Shown piece after piece: positions 9,079-17,772 of a stretch of DNA of 32,000 nucleotides. The first letter of the stretch is position 1. Every line of letters begins with the position of its first letter. Below the pieces are notes generated by a model. It was not told the origin of the DNA and ran no database searches. It saw only the letters and a list, made by a program, of their open reading frames with translations. Position numbers and translations under genes: made by a program. Source of the DNA: Promethearchaeota archaeon (GTDB lineage Archaea; Asgardarchaeota; Odinarchaeia; Odinarchaeales; JBHLKK01); NCBI GenBank assembly GCA_048939465.1, contig JBHLPL010000008.1, forward strand, positions 454 through 32,453, in the 5' to 3' direction.

Positions 9079-9921
9079 CTATGTCGGAAGAAACTGGCTT
9101 ACCCATGGCCAAAGCATTCCGATTGCCACAGAGAACAAAAAAACACCAAAGATGATTTTGAGTTTTTTGGACGAGATGCCCAAAGCTATACGTGGGCCCA
9201 AGTATGACCCAATGATGCTACCAATGACAACAACGATGCCTAACACAACATCCAGACTACCAAAGACAGCATGTCCCATTGTTCCGCATATTCCTGTCAT
9301 TATGATAGTAAACGTTGATGTTGCTACAGCTATGTGAATCGGCATCCCGCAAATGAAAACCATGACAGGAACAATTACGGCGCCTCCTCCGAGACCAAGC
9401 AACCCCCCCGCCAGCCCCGCGAAAAATCCTGCAATGAGACTCGGAATTATCTGTATAATATACTCGCTCCTCCTTCCATTTGAGTCGATTATTGCTCGTT
9501 TCCAAGTGAATCTTTTGGGTGTGCACTCTGTCACCTCCTTTTCTCCAACATTTGCCCGTATCATCATGGCCAAGCTGGTAGCCATAAGGACGGCCCCGAA
9601 GATTGCTTGGAGTCCTAATGATTCTAATTGAGTGGAGAGCAAGGCTCCTAAGAATGCTCCAACAGCAGCGGGGAGCCCTAATGCCAGTCCTACTCTATAA
9701 TCTACCATATTCTTCCTTGCATAGGCGATCGTACCCGAGATCTTGGAAAAGATTATCATGAACATACTAACTGCCACTGCCGCGTGAATATCCACCCCAA
9801 ATATCATGACAAGAATCGGGACTAGGAGAGATCCTCCTCCGATGCCTATCATAGTAGATATACAACCTACTCCCACAGACATCAGCGAGACTGCCAACGC
9901 AATATACCACGGAAATATCAT
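9079..9921 (-). CDS. Sulfite exporter TauE/SafE family membrane protein
   Basis: Duplicated GIGGG..LVP / GLGGG..IVP motifs and A.A.S.F..I. Start taken at MIFPW (9921) because the ORF-track extension to 9948 lies inside element E3. Confidence 0.85.
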   Translation of the reverse strand: MIFPWYIALAVSLMSVGVGCISTMIGIGGGSLLVPILVMIFGVDIHAAVAVSMFMIIFSKISGTIAYARKNMVDYRVGLALGLPAAVGAFLGALLSTQLESLGLQAIFGAVLMATSLAMMIRANVGEKEVTECTPKRFTWKRAIIDSNGRRSEYIIQIIPSLIAGFFAGLAGGLLGLGGGAVIVPVMVFICGMPIHIAVATSTFTIIMTGICGTMGHAVFGSLDVVLGIVVVIGSIIGSYLGPRIALGISSKKLKIIFGVFLFSVAIGMLWPWVSQFLPT

Positions 9922-9926
9922 TCTAT

Positions 9927-10274
9927 CTTCTTCTCCACAGGGCTCCATCCGAGAGGGTCAAGATGAATTGCGTTGTGTTTAAATGACTTTCTGGTAATTA
10001 AGTTTTGGGTTTGCTGCTCGCAAGAGGAGGGTTGCCCGTGGGCATGGACATAAAACTCGGTCTGGGAGCGCAGGTCCTGCGGGCACGTCTTGCTCGACAG
10101 CGTGCTTGAGTGCTTGTGGTACAGTAGAGATCGAGCTCACCCGGAGGTGAAAGCCTTCCTGTGCGGTCATTGATCTAGAGCGTAAAGACCTGTCCTCTGA
10201 GGAGCCGAAGCGTCCTCGGGAGTATGAAGCCGAGAGGGAGAAAATTCCTTGTGAAAGCTAGGAGAAGTTCGCAC
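9927..10274 (+). mobile_element. Non-autonomous IS200/IS605-like element, class B (long structured RNA), copy E3
   Basis: Same left end as class A (TTCTAT|CTTCTTCTCC...CCATCCGAGAGGGTCAAGATGAATTGCG), TTTAAATG at 9978-9985, body collinear with 13787-14086, degenerate right end GGAGAAGTTCGCAC (end +/-2 nt). Confidence 0.75.
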
Positions 10275-10410
10275 AGTATTCTCCTAACACATTCTTCCTT
10301 CTCCTCTTGAATTTCTGGCAAAAACCTTCAATTGCTACTTAGGCTCTGTTCTTCACGATCGCTTTAGGCAGAAGAATCCACCAATATCGTTAAATCCTTT
10401 GGCATTTTAG

Positions 10411-11460
10411 GTGACATCTGAAATGTCCCAAGACGGAAAAAGCAAGAAGGAGTTGATTCGGGGAGTCTTCGACGGTATCGTTCCGGAAGAGATTCCACTG
10501 AACATCGAGCTGGGAGTCCCTGAGATTGAAGCGCAGTATGGGGACATAGTCAATATATCGTGCAGGATTTCACGCTTCCGAAGGTTCTATGAAACCGGTG
10601 GTCCCTTTGGAAGGAGCAAAGGAACCATCCGGAGATGGGCAGAACGATTTGACATAGATACATATAAGTGGCCTAATCCAAAGGCAATAGGTAAGACCCT
10701 AAGAGAAGAGATAGCTCATACTGTGAAACAATTTGGTAGCCGATTCATTATCTGCAAGATACTGGGTCCAACTGAAACAGCTGAAGGATTCTGCGCTTCG
10801 GGTCAGGATGAAAAGGCAAAGCGTCTTGATCAAGTACAGCACAATTTCGATTTTGCTATGCTGTCCTTTCTAAATCCTGAATCTGCCGGCGAACTACATA
10901 AGAGAGTCACTACCTACATCGAGGAATGTATTCGAACTGCTGGAAGTCTAATGGAAGTCGATGCGATTAGAATCGCAGATGACGCCTTTGATTACAACCG
11001 ACCCCTATATCCAAATGGCTTCATAGAAACCGTTTACTTGCCCACTCACGAGATTCTTGCCAATCTCATTCATAACACAGGAAAGCTTGGGATTATGCAC
11101 TGCGATGGAGACATTCTCATTCTCAATGTTGCCAAGAGACTAAGCAACTTTTACCGTGGATTTCATCCCTTGGACCTGGTATCCAGGATTACCGCGAAAG
11201 ACGCGCAGAATTGGATAAGACGCCTAGGGGAAGCCAGAAAAACCCTTCCCGAATCCGTTTTCTTCACGGGGATTCCAGTTGAATTCCTATATGATTCAAG
11301 AGTATCTTCAGAGGAATTATGCGAGGTCTGCAGGAAGGCGATACTGTCAGTAGGAAAAAGATATTTGGTTCTGAGTACGACTCACCGTCCTTTCCCAGGA
11401 TCTAGTATTAAAACACAAGGTGTGATAGAAAAAATCGGGTCAATAAGGAAGCTGATTTAA
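10411..11460 (+). CDS. Uroporphyrinogen decarboxylase-like / corrinoid methyltransferase (MtaA/CmuA superfamily) protein
   Basis: D.YKWPNP, ILGPTE, IRIADD.., IMHCDGD, LVLSTTH TIM-barrel pattern. The start may be GTG 10411 or ATG slightly downstream. Confidence 0.6.
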   Translation: MTSEMSQDGKSKKELIRGVFDGIVPEEIPLNIELGVPEIEAQYGDIVNISCRISRFRRFYETGGPFGRSKGTIRRWAERFDIDTYKWPNPKAIGKTLREEIAHTVKQFGSRFIICKILGPTETAEGFCASGQDEKAKRLDQVQHNFDFAMLSFLNPESAGELHKRVTTYIEECIRTAGSLMEVDAIRIADDAFDYNRPLYPNGFIETVYLPTHEILANLIHNTGKLGIMHCDGDILILNVAKRLSNFYRGFHPLDLVSRITAKDAQNWIRRLGEARKTLPESVFFTGIPVEFLYDSRVSSEELCEVCRKAILSVGKRYLVLSTTHRPFPGSSIKTQGVIEKIGSIRKLI

Positions 11461-11473
11461 AAAAAAGAAGGAG

Positions 11474-11872
11474 CTAGTGTTTCACGGACTTGATAAGCAT
11501 CTTAAGCGGTATGCTTTGAGACTCACCTGACGGTAGTCTCCTTAGAATCATTAGCGGCAAAACACCCGCGTTTAGTTCTTCTTCGGCTACTTTGATGGGG
11601 TCCATTTTCCCTTCTGTAATATTGAGGATGATTGGTGCTCCCATGGCGATTTGGATTGCTCTAGCGCCGATTATTCGACTTTTTTCATATCTTGTTAGAG
11701 TGGGTGGACCGATTTCTATTTCCATCTCCTCTTTTGACTTTATGCTCCTTTTAGCTCTTTTTGGGGTTTTCCGTTTCTTACTGGTGCTCTCGGTGCTCTT
11801 CTTAGGGGCTTTCTTGGTTTTCTTAATCTTTTTTTGTGTCTTAGTACTCTTCTTCTGGTCCCCCAACACCTT
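11474..11872 (-). CDS. rpoK: DNA-directed RNA polymerase subunit Rpo6/K, apparently with a Lys-rich N-terminal extension
   Basis: [41 protein letters not shown] core. Start is uncertain: GTG 11872 with GGAG 6 nt upstream, or the internal ATG of MEIEIG. Confidence 0.9.
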   Translation of the reverse strand, partial: KVLGDQKKSTKTQKKIKKTKKAPKKSTESTSKKRKTPKRAKRSIKSKEEMEIEIGPPTLTRYEKSRIIGARAIQIAMGAPIILNITEGKMDPIKVAEEELNAGVLPLMILRRLPSGESQSIPLKMLIKSVKH

Positions 11873-13484
11873 CAGCTCCGGGTGGCCCTCCCATTTTTTC
11901 TTTACTTGATGCTATTACATCGTCAATCCTTAGAATCATCTCTGCTGCTTCGCCAGCTGACTTGATTGCCTGCTTCTTAACAGATACAGATTCCCAGACG
12001 TCAAGCTGACTCATGTCTCTGACCCCACCGTCGTACACGTCGACGCCTGTCCATTTCTCACCCTTTTCATGCCTAGCTCTCAGTTCCACTAATATGTCGA
12101 TAGGATCGAGTCCGGCATTTTCTGCAAGAGTTCTCGGAACGGTTTCTATAGATTCCGCGAATTTGGTCACCGCCAGCTGTTCTCTTCCACTGAAGCTTTC
12201 TGCGTAGTCTCTTATATCCTTTGCAACCTCGATCTCAGATGCGCCGCCGCCAGCTACGACCTTTGATTCGTGAATAAGGTTCCTAACAACGCATAGCGCG
12301 TCATGAAGCGCTCTCTCTGCTTCTTCAACTATCAACTCTGTTCCTCCGCGAATCAGTATGCTTACTGACTTGGGATTCTTGCAACCCTCAATGAATACCA
12401 TGTCATTGTCTGAGATTTTTCGCTCTTCGACCAATTCCGCTTTCCCGAGATCTTCTGGTGAAATATCATCGAGGTTAGTAACGATTTTTCCTCCGGTGGC
12501 TCTGGCGAGCTTCTCCAAATCTGATTTCTTTACACGACGAACAGCCAGTATTCCCTGCTTAGCTAGGAAATGTTGAACAAGGTCGTCAATTCCTTTTTGA
12601 CCTAACACAACATTTGCGCCGCTGGCCTTTATCTTATCCACTCTTTCCTTCAACATGTTTTGCTCTTCTTCAAGGAATGCCTGCATTTGCTCAACCTTAG
12701 TTATATTGATTTTGGCGTCAAACTCTGTTTTCTCGACTTCCAATGGAGCATCTAGGAGGGCTATTTTGGCATTAGTCACCCTCTTGGGCATACCTGGGTG
12801 AACTACTTCCTTGTCTAAAATGATACCATTTATATAAATTGTGTCCTCCAGACTCTCCCCCTGTACCTTTTCGACCTTGATGTTATCAATATCGACTTTG
12901 TAGTCCTCACCGACTTTGTCAGCAACCGACCGAACAGCTTTGACGGCTAGCTCAGCTAGACGATCTCGAGACCCCGCAATAACCTTGGTAGACATTGTAG
13001 TCCGGGCAGCCTTTCTGAGCATTTCCTCATTGTCAACTTCGAACTCTTCCGCGATTTGATCTAGTACTTCAATCGCCCTTTCCGCAGCCTTCCTATAGCC
13101 TTCAAGGATTATAGTTGGATGAATATTCTTGTCTAGTAATTCTTCTGCTCTCTTAAGCAGTTCTCCGGCAAGAACAACAGCGGTTGTTGTTCCATCTCCT
13201 ACCTCATCATCTTGAGTCTTTGCGACCTCAACCATCATTTTTGCGGCTGGATGCTGGACATCCATTTCCTTAAGTATTGTGGCACCGTCATTTGTTATGG
13301 TTACATCTCCCAGGCTGTCCACAAGCATCTTGTCCATTCCTCTCGGTCCAAGAGCACTTTTGACCGCCTCGGCAATTACTATTGCAGCATTAATGTTTCC
13401 TCGCTGTGCATCTCTTCCTCTGGTTCTTTGCGCACCTTCCTTGAGGATCAGCACCGGTGTTCCGCCTAAACCCGATTGCGCCAT
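11841..13484 (-). CDS. ths: Thermosome (group II chaperonin) subunit
   Basis: [39 protein letters not shown]. Confidence 0.98.
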   Translation of the reverse strand: MAQSGLGGTPVLILKEGAQRTRGRDAQRGNINAAIVIAEAVKSALGPRGMDKMLVDSLGDVTITNDGATILKEMDVQHPAAKMMVEVAKTQDDEVGDGTTTAVVLAGELLKRAEELLDKNIHPTIILEGYRKAAERAIEVLDQIAEEFEVDNEEMLRKAARTTMSTKVIAGSRDRLAELAVKAVRSVADKVGEDYKVDIDNIKVEKVQGESLEDTIYINGIILDKEVVHPGMPKRVTNAKIALLDAPLEVEKTEFDAKINITKVEQMQAFLEEEQNMLKERVDKIKASGANVVLGQKGIDDLVQHFLAKQGILAVRRVKKSDLEKLARATGGKIVTNLDDISPEDLGKAELVEERKISDNDMVFIEGCKNPKSVSILIRGGTELIVEEAERALHDALCVVRNLIHESKVVAGGGASEIEVAKDIRDYAESFSGREQLAVTKFAESIETVPRTLAENAGLDPIDILVELRARHEKGEKWTGVDVYDGGVRDMSQLDVWESVSVKKQAIKSAGEAAEMILRIDDVIASSKEKMGGPPGAEGVGGPEEEY

Positions 13485-13733
13485 TAATCACACACCTCAC
13501 ATGGTTTCTCATTTATCCGATTTTAATCGTAAAAGATTGTTTTAGTAGCAACTAGAACTTCTATATAAACCTTACGCTCAAGAAGTCTTATGAACTATTA
13601 GAGATACTCTTATTCAAAGCAATAGGCTCCGATTTTAAAGGAATATTACTGCGATCAGTAATCACAATCCTATTCCGATAGTTCCCAGAAGAATTCAAAG
13701 TGTCAGCCAACCCTATTCTGGTCAATTGTCTTT

Positions 13734-14086
13734 CCTTTTCTACGTGAGGACAGCCCACCGAGAGGGTTGAGACGAGTTGCGGTATCTTTAAATAACTTTT
13801 TCGGCAATTAAGCTTTGGATAGGATGCTCGTAACAGAAAGGTTGCCCAAAGGCATGGGTGCAAAACCCAGTCTGGGGGTGCAGGCCCTGCGGGTATATCA
13901 TGCTTGGCAGGGCTGTCCCGTGTCTGCGGCGCACACAAAGGACGTGAAGCAGCCCGAAGGCGAAAATCTTCCTGTGTATCTGTAGATCCGGAGCACAGAA
14001 ACCCCCCTCCGAGAAGCCAAAGCGTTCTCAGACGCTAAGGAAAAAGAGAGGGAGGAGGCCCTTTGCGGAAGCTGGGAGTAGTTCAC
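13734..14086 (+). mobile_element. Non-autonomous IS200/IS605-like element, class B, copy E4
   Basis: Diverged left end CCTTTTCTACGTGAGGACAGCCCACCGAGAGGGTTGAGACGAGTTGCG, TTTAAATA at 13787-13794, body homologous to E3, ends GGGAGTAGTTCAC. Confidence 0.78.
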
Positions 14087-14109
14087 AGCTTTGACCTCCG
14101 GGCTTTAAG

Positions 14110-14928
14110 ATGAGTAGAATAGTTCCCTGGACAGACGGGGGTAGAACTTTGAGTGGAAGTAACAATGTGGGAAGTATCGAAAGCGAATTGCAGAAAAGAT
14201 TCGACAGTTTCATAGGTGCACTGGACTCCGTGATACGGAAACTTGAATCGGGTTTGGAGGACCTAACCTCGTCTTCCGATACTAGGTTGAATGAATTCTC
14301 GGGAGTAGTTAATGGTCTAAAAAGCTCATTTTCTGATTTTCTTCAGAAATCTGAAGAACAGATAGCTAAACTGGTTGAAGATTCGGGAAGGATGAGCCGC
14401 GATCTGGAAGGATTGAAGACTGCTGGTTTTGATAAAGTGGTTAAAGAGTTTGAGAATCTACATACCCAGATGGATAACCTAAATACACAGGTTAGTAATG
14501 TTTCATCCCGCATCGAGAATTTCGGAAGGGACATGGGGGGTTTAAGCGAATCGGAAGAAAAGCTTGATAACGTACTTACAACGGTGTCACGGCAAGCAAG
14601 TATGATTGGCACCATAGATGAGAACTTAAACAAAGTGATCCCTGAGATCCGCAAAGATGTTGAGCGGGTCATCGATATGACGGCTGCACTGACAACGGAA
14701 CTCACGGCCCATCTTGACGCTATGAACGCGAAGATTGAGTCTTCTAATAAATCACAGGAATCTCTTGAAAAGAGGATAGGGGAGCTTGAAAGCAGGATAA
14801 ACAACAGACTAGAGAAGATTTCAACGGTCATAGAAAGTAGATTAGATGGATTGCGGAAACAATTCGATGAAGATATGATTAGGTGGACAGAAAACACTGA
14901 AACAAGAGAGAAGTCTCTAAAGAAGTAG
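14110..14928 (+). CDS. Long coiled-coil protein, no TM
   Basis: Continuous heptad pattern over about 240 aa; start uncertain. Confidence 0.7.
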   Translation: MSRIVPWTDGGRTLSGSNNVGSIESELQKRFDSFIGALDSVIRKLESGLEDLTSSSDTRLNEFSGVVNGLKSSFSDFLQKSEEQIAKLVEDSGRMSRDLEGLKTAGFDKVVKEFENLHTQMDNLNTQVSNVSSRIENFGRDMGGLSESEEKLDNVLTTVSRQASMIGTIDENLNKVIPEIRKDVERVIDMTAALTTELTAHLDAMNAKIESSNKSQESLEKRIGELESRINNRLEKISTVIESRLDGLRKQFDEDMIRWTENTETREKSLKK

Positions 14929-14987
14929 GAATGACGGGACCAAAAGAAAAGGTGTCAACCGCAGAAGCTTCAAAAATAAAGAGTATT

Positions 14988-16211
14988 TTAATACGCACTC
15001 GAAAGCAGTTGCACATTTCCTATGCGCACTTTCTTCAGTCCCGCTTTTTTGGCCACTTCCAAGCATTCATGAGCGTGGTTCCTACTCGTAACGGGCAAAT
15101 CTGTCATGAAATAGTGAGGAAAGAAACCTAGTAGTGCATAGGGGATGTTCGGACTTATCTCAGCAATGAATCCTGCAATCTTTTGTACCTCCTCCTTGTC
15201 GATGTAACCAGGTATGAGCAGCGTGCTCGCTATCAAAGGGGGAGGGTCAGGTCTGGCTTCTATCATCTGTCCGAGCCGTTTGAAATTCTGAAGCGTATAC
15301 TCGTTTGAAACTCCGCACAAAGCAATGTTCAGATTCTCATCAAAACACTTCAGATCGAACTTCACACAACCCCCGCTCTCAAGAGAGAGTTCCATTGCTT
15401 TCATTGCCAGACTCCAATTCATAGAACCATTTGTCTCCCAGCAGACTCTAAATATCTGACCAAGTTCTTTTGCATTATTTGATGCTATCTCGGCGGTTTT
15501 CAGAGCATGAGGCATTTGAGGAGTCGGATCGCCTCCGAAAAAGCAGATGCAGGAAACTTTGTCATTCACCTTGCCCGCTAAGTCCTCTGAACTCATAATC
15601 GGTTTTAATTGCCTAGTATTCTCCCTGAAATGCCAGTTTTGGCAAAACATGCAGTCGAAGTTACACCCCCCCAAAAATACTGCCAAATTCGCATAACCGT
15701 ATTCTGGTCCGTTGCGGTTAGCATATTTTGGATAGCCCGCCCCTGTTCCTGCTGGGCACACCCAGTCTGCCACACAGTTTGTCGGCAACGGGTCATAGTA
15801 CCATGAGAGTACCCCTCGTTCCGGTATCCCTGCAAGCCTTACAAGCTTCTCACCGACGTTTGTGACCATACCACAGTATCCTTTTTCTCCGGGTAATATC
15901 TTGCATCTGTTTACACAGAATCCACAACTAATGCCCTCTTTGGGCGGCTGACTCGGCAAATCGTAAAGCCTCTTACTTTCTGCATGTTTCATTGAAGTAT
16001 AGACCAGAGCCTCCTCGGGCTTATTCCTAAGACAACTAAGACACACATCCACACCTCGTGATATGAGAATGCTTCTATTGCCACATATCTTGCACTCTGA
16101 TTCTGCACAGCCCGGCTCTCTGAATATTCTGTACAAATTCGTTTCCTCAATATCTTCTGTATCAAGTGATAACCGGCAATGATCTAATAACAGTTTGCTC
16201 GATCCAATCAT
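14988..16211 (-). CDS. Radical SAM protein (PflA-like / AmmeMemoRadiSam-type)
   Basis: CxxxCxxC in GCNFDCMFCQN, N-terminal CGFCVNRC..GYCG, FFGGDPTP, ETNG, KFDLK. The true start is probably downstream of 16211. Confidence 0.85.
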   Translation of the reverse strand: MIGSSKLLLDHCRLSLDTEDIEETNLYRIFREPGCAESECKICGNRSILISRGVDVCLSCLRNKPEEALVYTSMKHAESKRLYDLPSQPPKEGISCGFCVNRCKILPGEKGYCGMVTNVGEKLVRLAGIPERGVLSWYYDPLPTNCVADWVCPAGTGAGYPKYANRNGPEYGYANLAVFLGGCNFDCMFCQNWHFRENTRQLKPIMSSEDLAGKVNDKVSCICFFGGDPTPQMPHALKTAEIASNNAKELGQIFRVCWETNGSMNWSLAMKAMELSLESGGCVKFDLKCFDENLNIALCGVSNEYTLQNFKRLGQMIEARPDPPPLIASTLLIPGYIDKEEVQKIAGFIAEISPNIPYALLGFFPHYFMTDLPVTSRNHAHECLEVAKKAGLKKVRIGNVQLLSSAY

Positions 16212-16412
16212 AAACTGCAGTGCTGTAAAAACCTTTAGGTATTATCCACGTCTTTATTCAAAAGATGGCAACGTCAAAAAATAAGACTTAAATCGGAACT
16301 TCATGAGGAGACAACCCCCAAAAAGGCTGATATTCATTAATGCAATTAGTTAAACTTAAAAGGGAGAGTCCATTTAACTAATAGCAAATCAAACAAAGAT
16401 GAGGAATAAAGA

Positions 16413-16844
16413 ATGGCTGAGGGATTTGTCGGAGCTAAAATCGTTGGTGTAATTCTAGCAATCGTCGGAGTCCTACTGATCGTAGTTGGAGCAACCTCGT
16501 TACTTGCAATCTCAATTCCGGGCTTACCAGCTGAGATCATTACGGCACTTGCAGCACTGAGTTCGAACGCCTACATAATGATTGTCTACGGCATCATCGC
16601 TATGGGTGTCTCGGTCGGTCTGTTCCAGGCCCAAGAATGGGCTGCTGGGGCGGCTGCCGTTTTGCTATTAATCGTAGTTGTTTCTTCGGGATTTACATTT
16701 TACACTCTCTGGGTTTCTATGGGTTTGGCTGGTATTTGGGGTGCCTTGACAGGTCTGAGCATACCCGTTTGGATTGATATCGGTGTACTTATAGTATCAA
16801 TAATCTGCTTGGTCTATCTAGTTACCGCTAGTGGCTGGCGTTAG
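16413..16844 (+). CDS. Small integral membrane protein (about 4 TM)
   Basis: 143 aa, almost wholly hydrophobic; followed by a T-rich tract. Confidence 0.75.
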   Translation: MAEGFVGAKIVGVILAIVGVLLIVVGATSLLAISIPGLPAEIITALAALSSNAYIMIVYGIIAMGVSVGLFQAQEWAAGAAAVLLLIVVVSSGFTFYTLWVSMGLAGIWGALTGLSIPVWIDIGVLIVSIICLVYLVTASGWR

Positions 16845-16954
16845 AAAACCTCATAAATAACATCTCTTTTTTTTAATTGTCTGTTTATGATTCCTGTTTC
16901 CCAATTCCTATTTGTACGTATCAAGAGGCTTGGAGGGTAGTCAATCCGGTTTGT

Positions 16955-17659
16955 TTAATGGGTTTTTGCTGCCATGATATAGGCATCTTCCCCATCCTGA
17001 TAATATCTTTTGACGACGCTTGAGACTTCAAATCCCAGCTTCTTATAAAGACTGATAGCCGGAGCATTTGAAACTCTCACTTCCAATATATACTCGGAAG
17101 CTCCTCCTTCTTTCATTTCATTCATTGCCCTTTCCATTAATTCGAAGCCAACACCGTATCCCCTATAGGCATCTTCAACTGCTATTGACACAACGTGCCC
17201 CCTCTTGACCCAGGTGACATCAAAACTTGATCTCCCCTTCTCCAGCCGGCACATAATATAGCCGATTATTTTTCGATCACTAATGAGAAAATATCGTGAA
17301 CCTTCCAGTTCCAAGAATCTAAACCCAGCGCTCAATGAAGACGAAATCTCATAAAGTCTTGATAGCCTATCTTTCACCTGATCTTGGGCAATACCGGTGA
17401 TTATTGCGTATTCTTCAGCTGTTAGGCCGTTTTTTCTTGTCGTGCGCAGAGCGTTCAGGATTCCTTCTAGTTCCTTTTCACTGGCTAACAGGAGTTCAGG
17501 ATCCCTTTCTGCTACAACAAAAAGATTTGGATAGGTTCTGTGAAGGTTTTTGAAGAAAGAAGAGGGATAATTCTCCGGCAGGAAGGACATGTTGATCTCT
17601 ACTACTTCATCAATATCTTCCTCTTTGAATTCTCTCAACCGCCAGAGCCTTTTTCCCAA
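16955..17659 (-). CDS. ard1: N-terminal acetyltransferase Ard1/Naa10 family with a ~77 aa inserted winged-helix domain
   Basis: LPENYP, GYIMCR.E, GHVVSIAV..YRG.G.G, LEVRVSN..AI.LY.KLGF, YY.DGEDAY. The insertion lies between FVVAE and KIIGY. Confidence 0.88.
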   Translation of the reverse strand: MGKRLWRLREFKEEDIDEVVEINMSFLPENYPSSFFKNLHRTYPNLFVVAERDPELLLASEKELEGILNALRTTRKNGLTAEEYAIITGIAQDQVKDRLSRLYEISSSLSAGFRFLELEGSRYFLISDRKIIGYIMCRLEKGRSSFDVTWVKRGHVVSIAVEDAYRGYGVGFELMERAMNEMKEGGASEYILEVRVSNAPAISLYKKLGFEVSSVVKRYYQDGEDAYIMAAKTH

Positions 17660-17772
17660 GCCGCCCTCACCTCTTCGGAATCACAAATTAGTAGTAATAA
17701 CAACATATTTAAATTTTCCAAAGCCCAGTCTTTCCAAAAGACTTTTATCATGATTGCTGTTCACTTCAACCT

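Noticed and set aside
9922-9948. MEPCGEEDR N-terminus of TauE
   Set aside because: Encoded by the left end of element E3; the real start is most likely MIFPW.
12797-12812. Reverse-strand GGAAGTAGTTCAC resembling an element right end
   Set aside because: Lies in the thermosome coding sequence (KEVVHP) with no hairpin or left end.
9979-13938. Similar antisense peptides in ORFs 9979..10170 and 13588..13938 (PAGPALPDRVLCPCPRATLLLRAANPKLN vs PAGPAPPDWVLHPCLWATFLLRASYPKLN) suggesting a conserved small protein
   Set aside because: Both are minus-strand read-throughs of class B elements. Starts, stops and lengths differ, and the differences are largely non-synonymous while preserving RNA pairing on the + strand.
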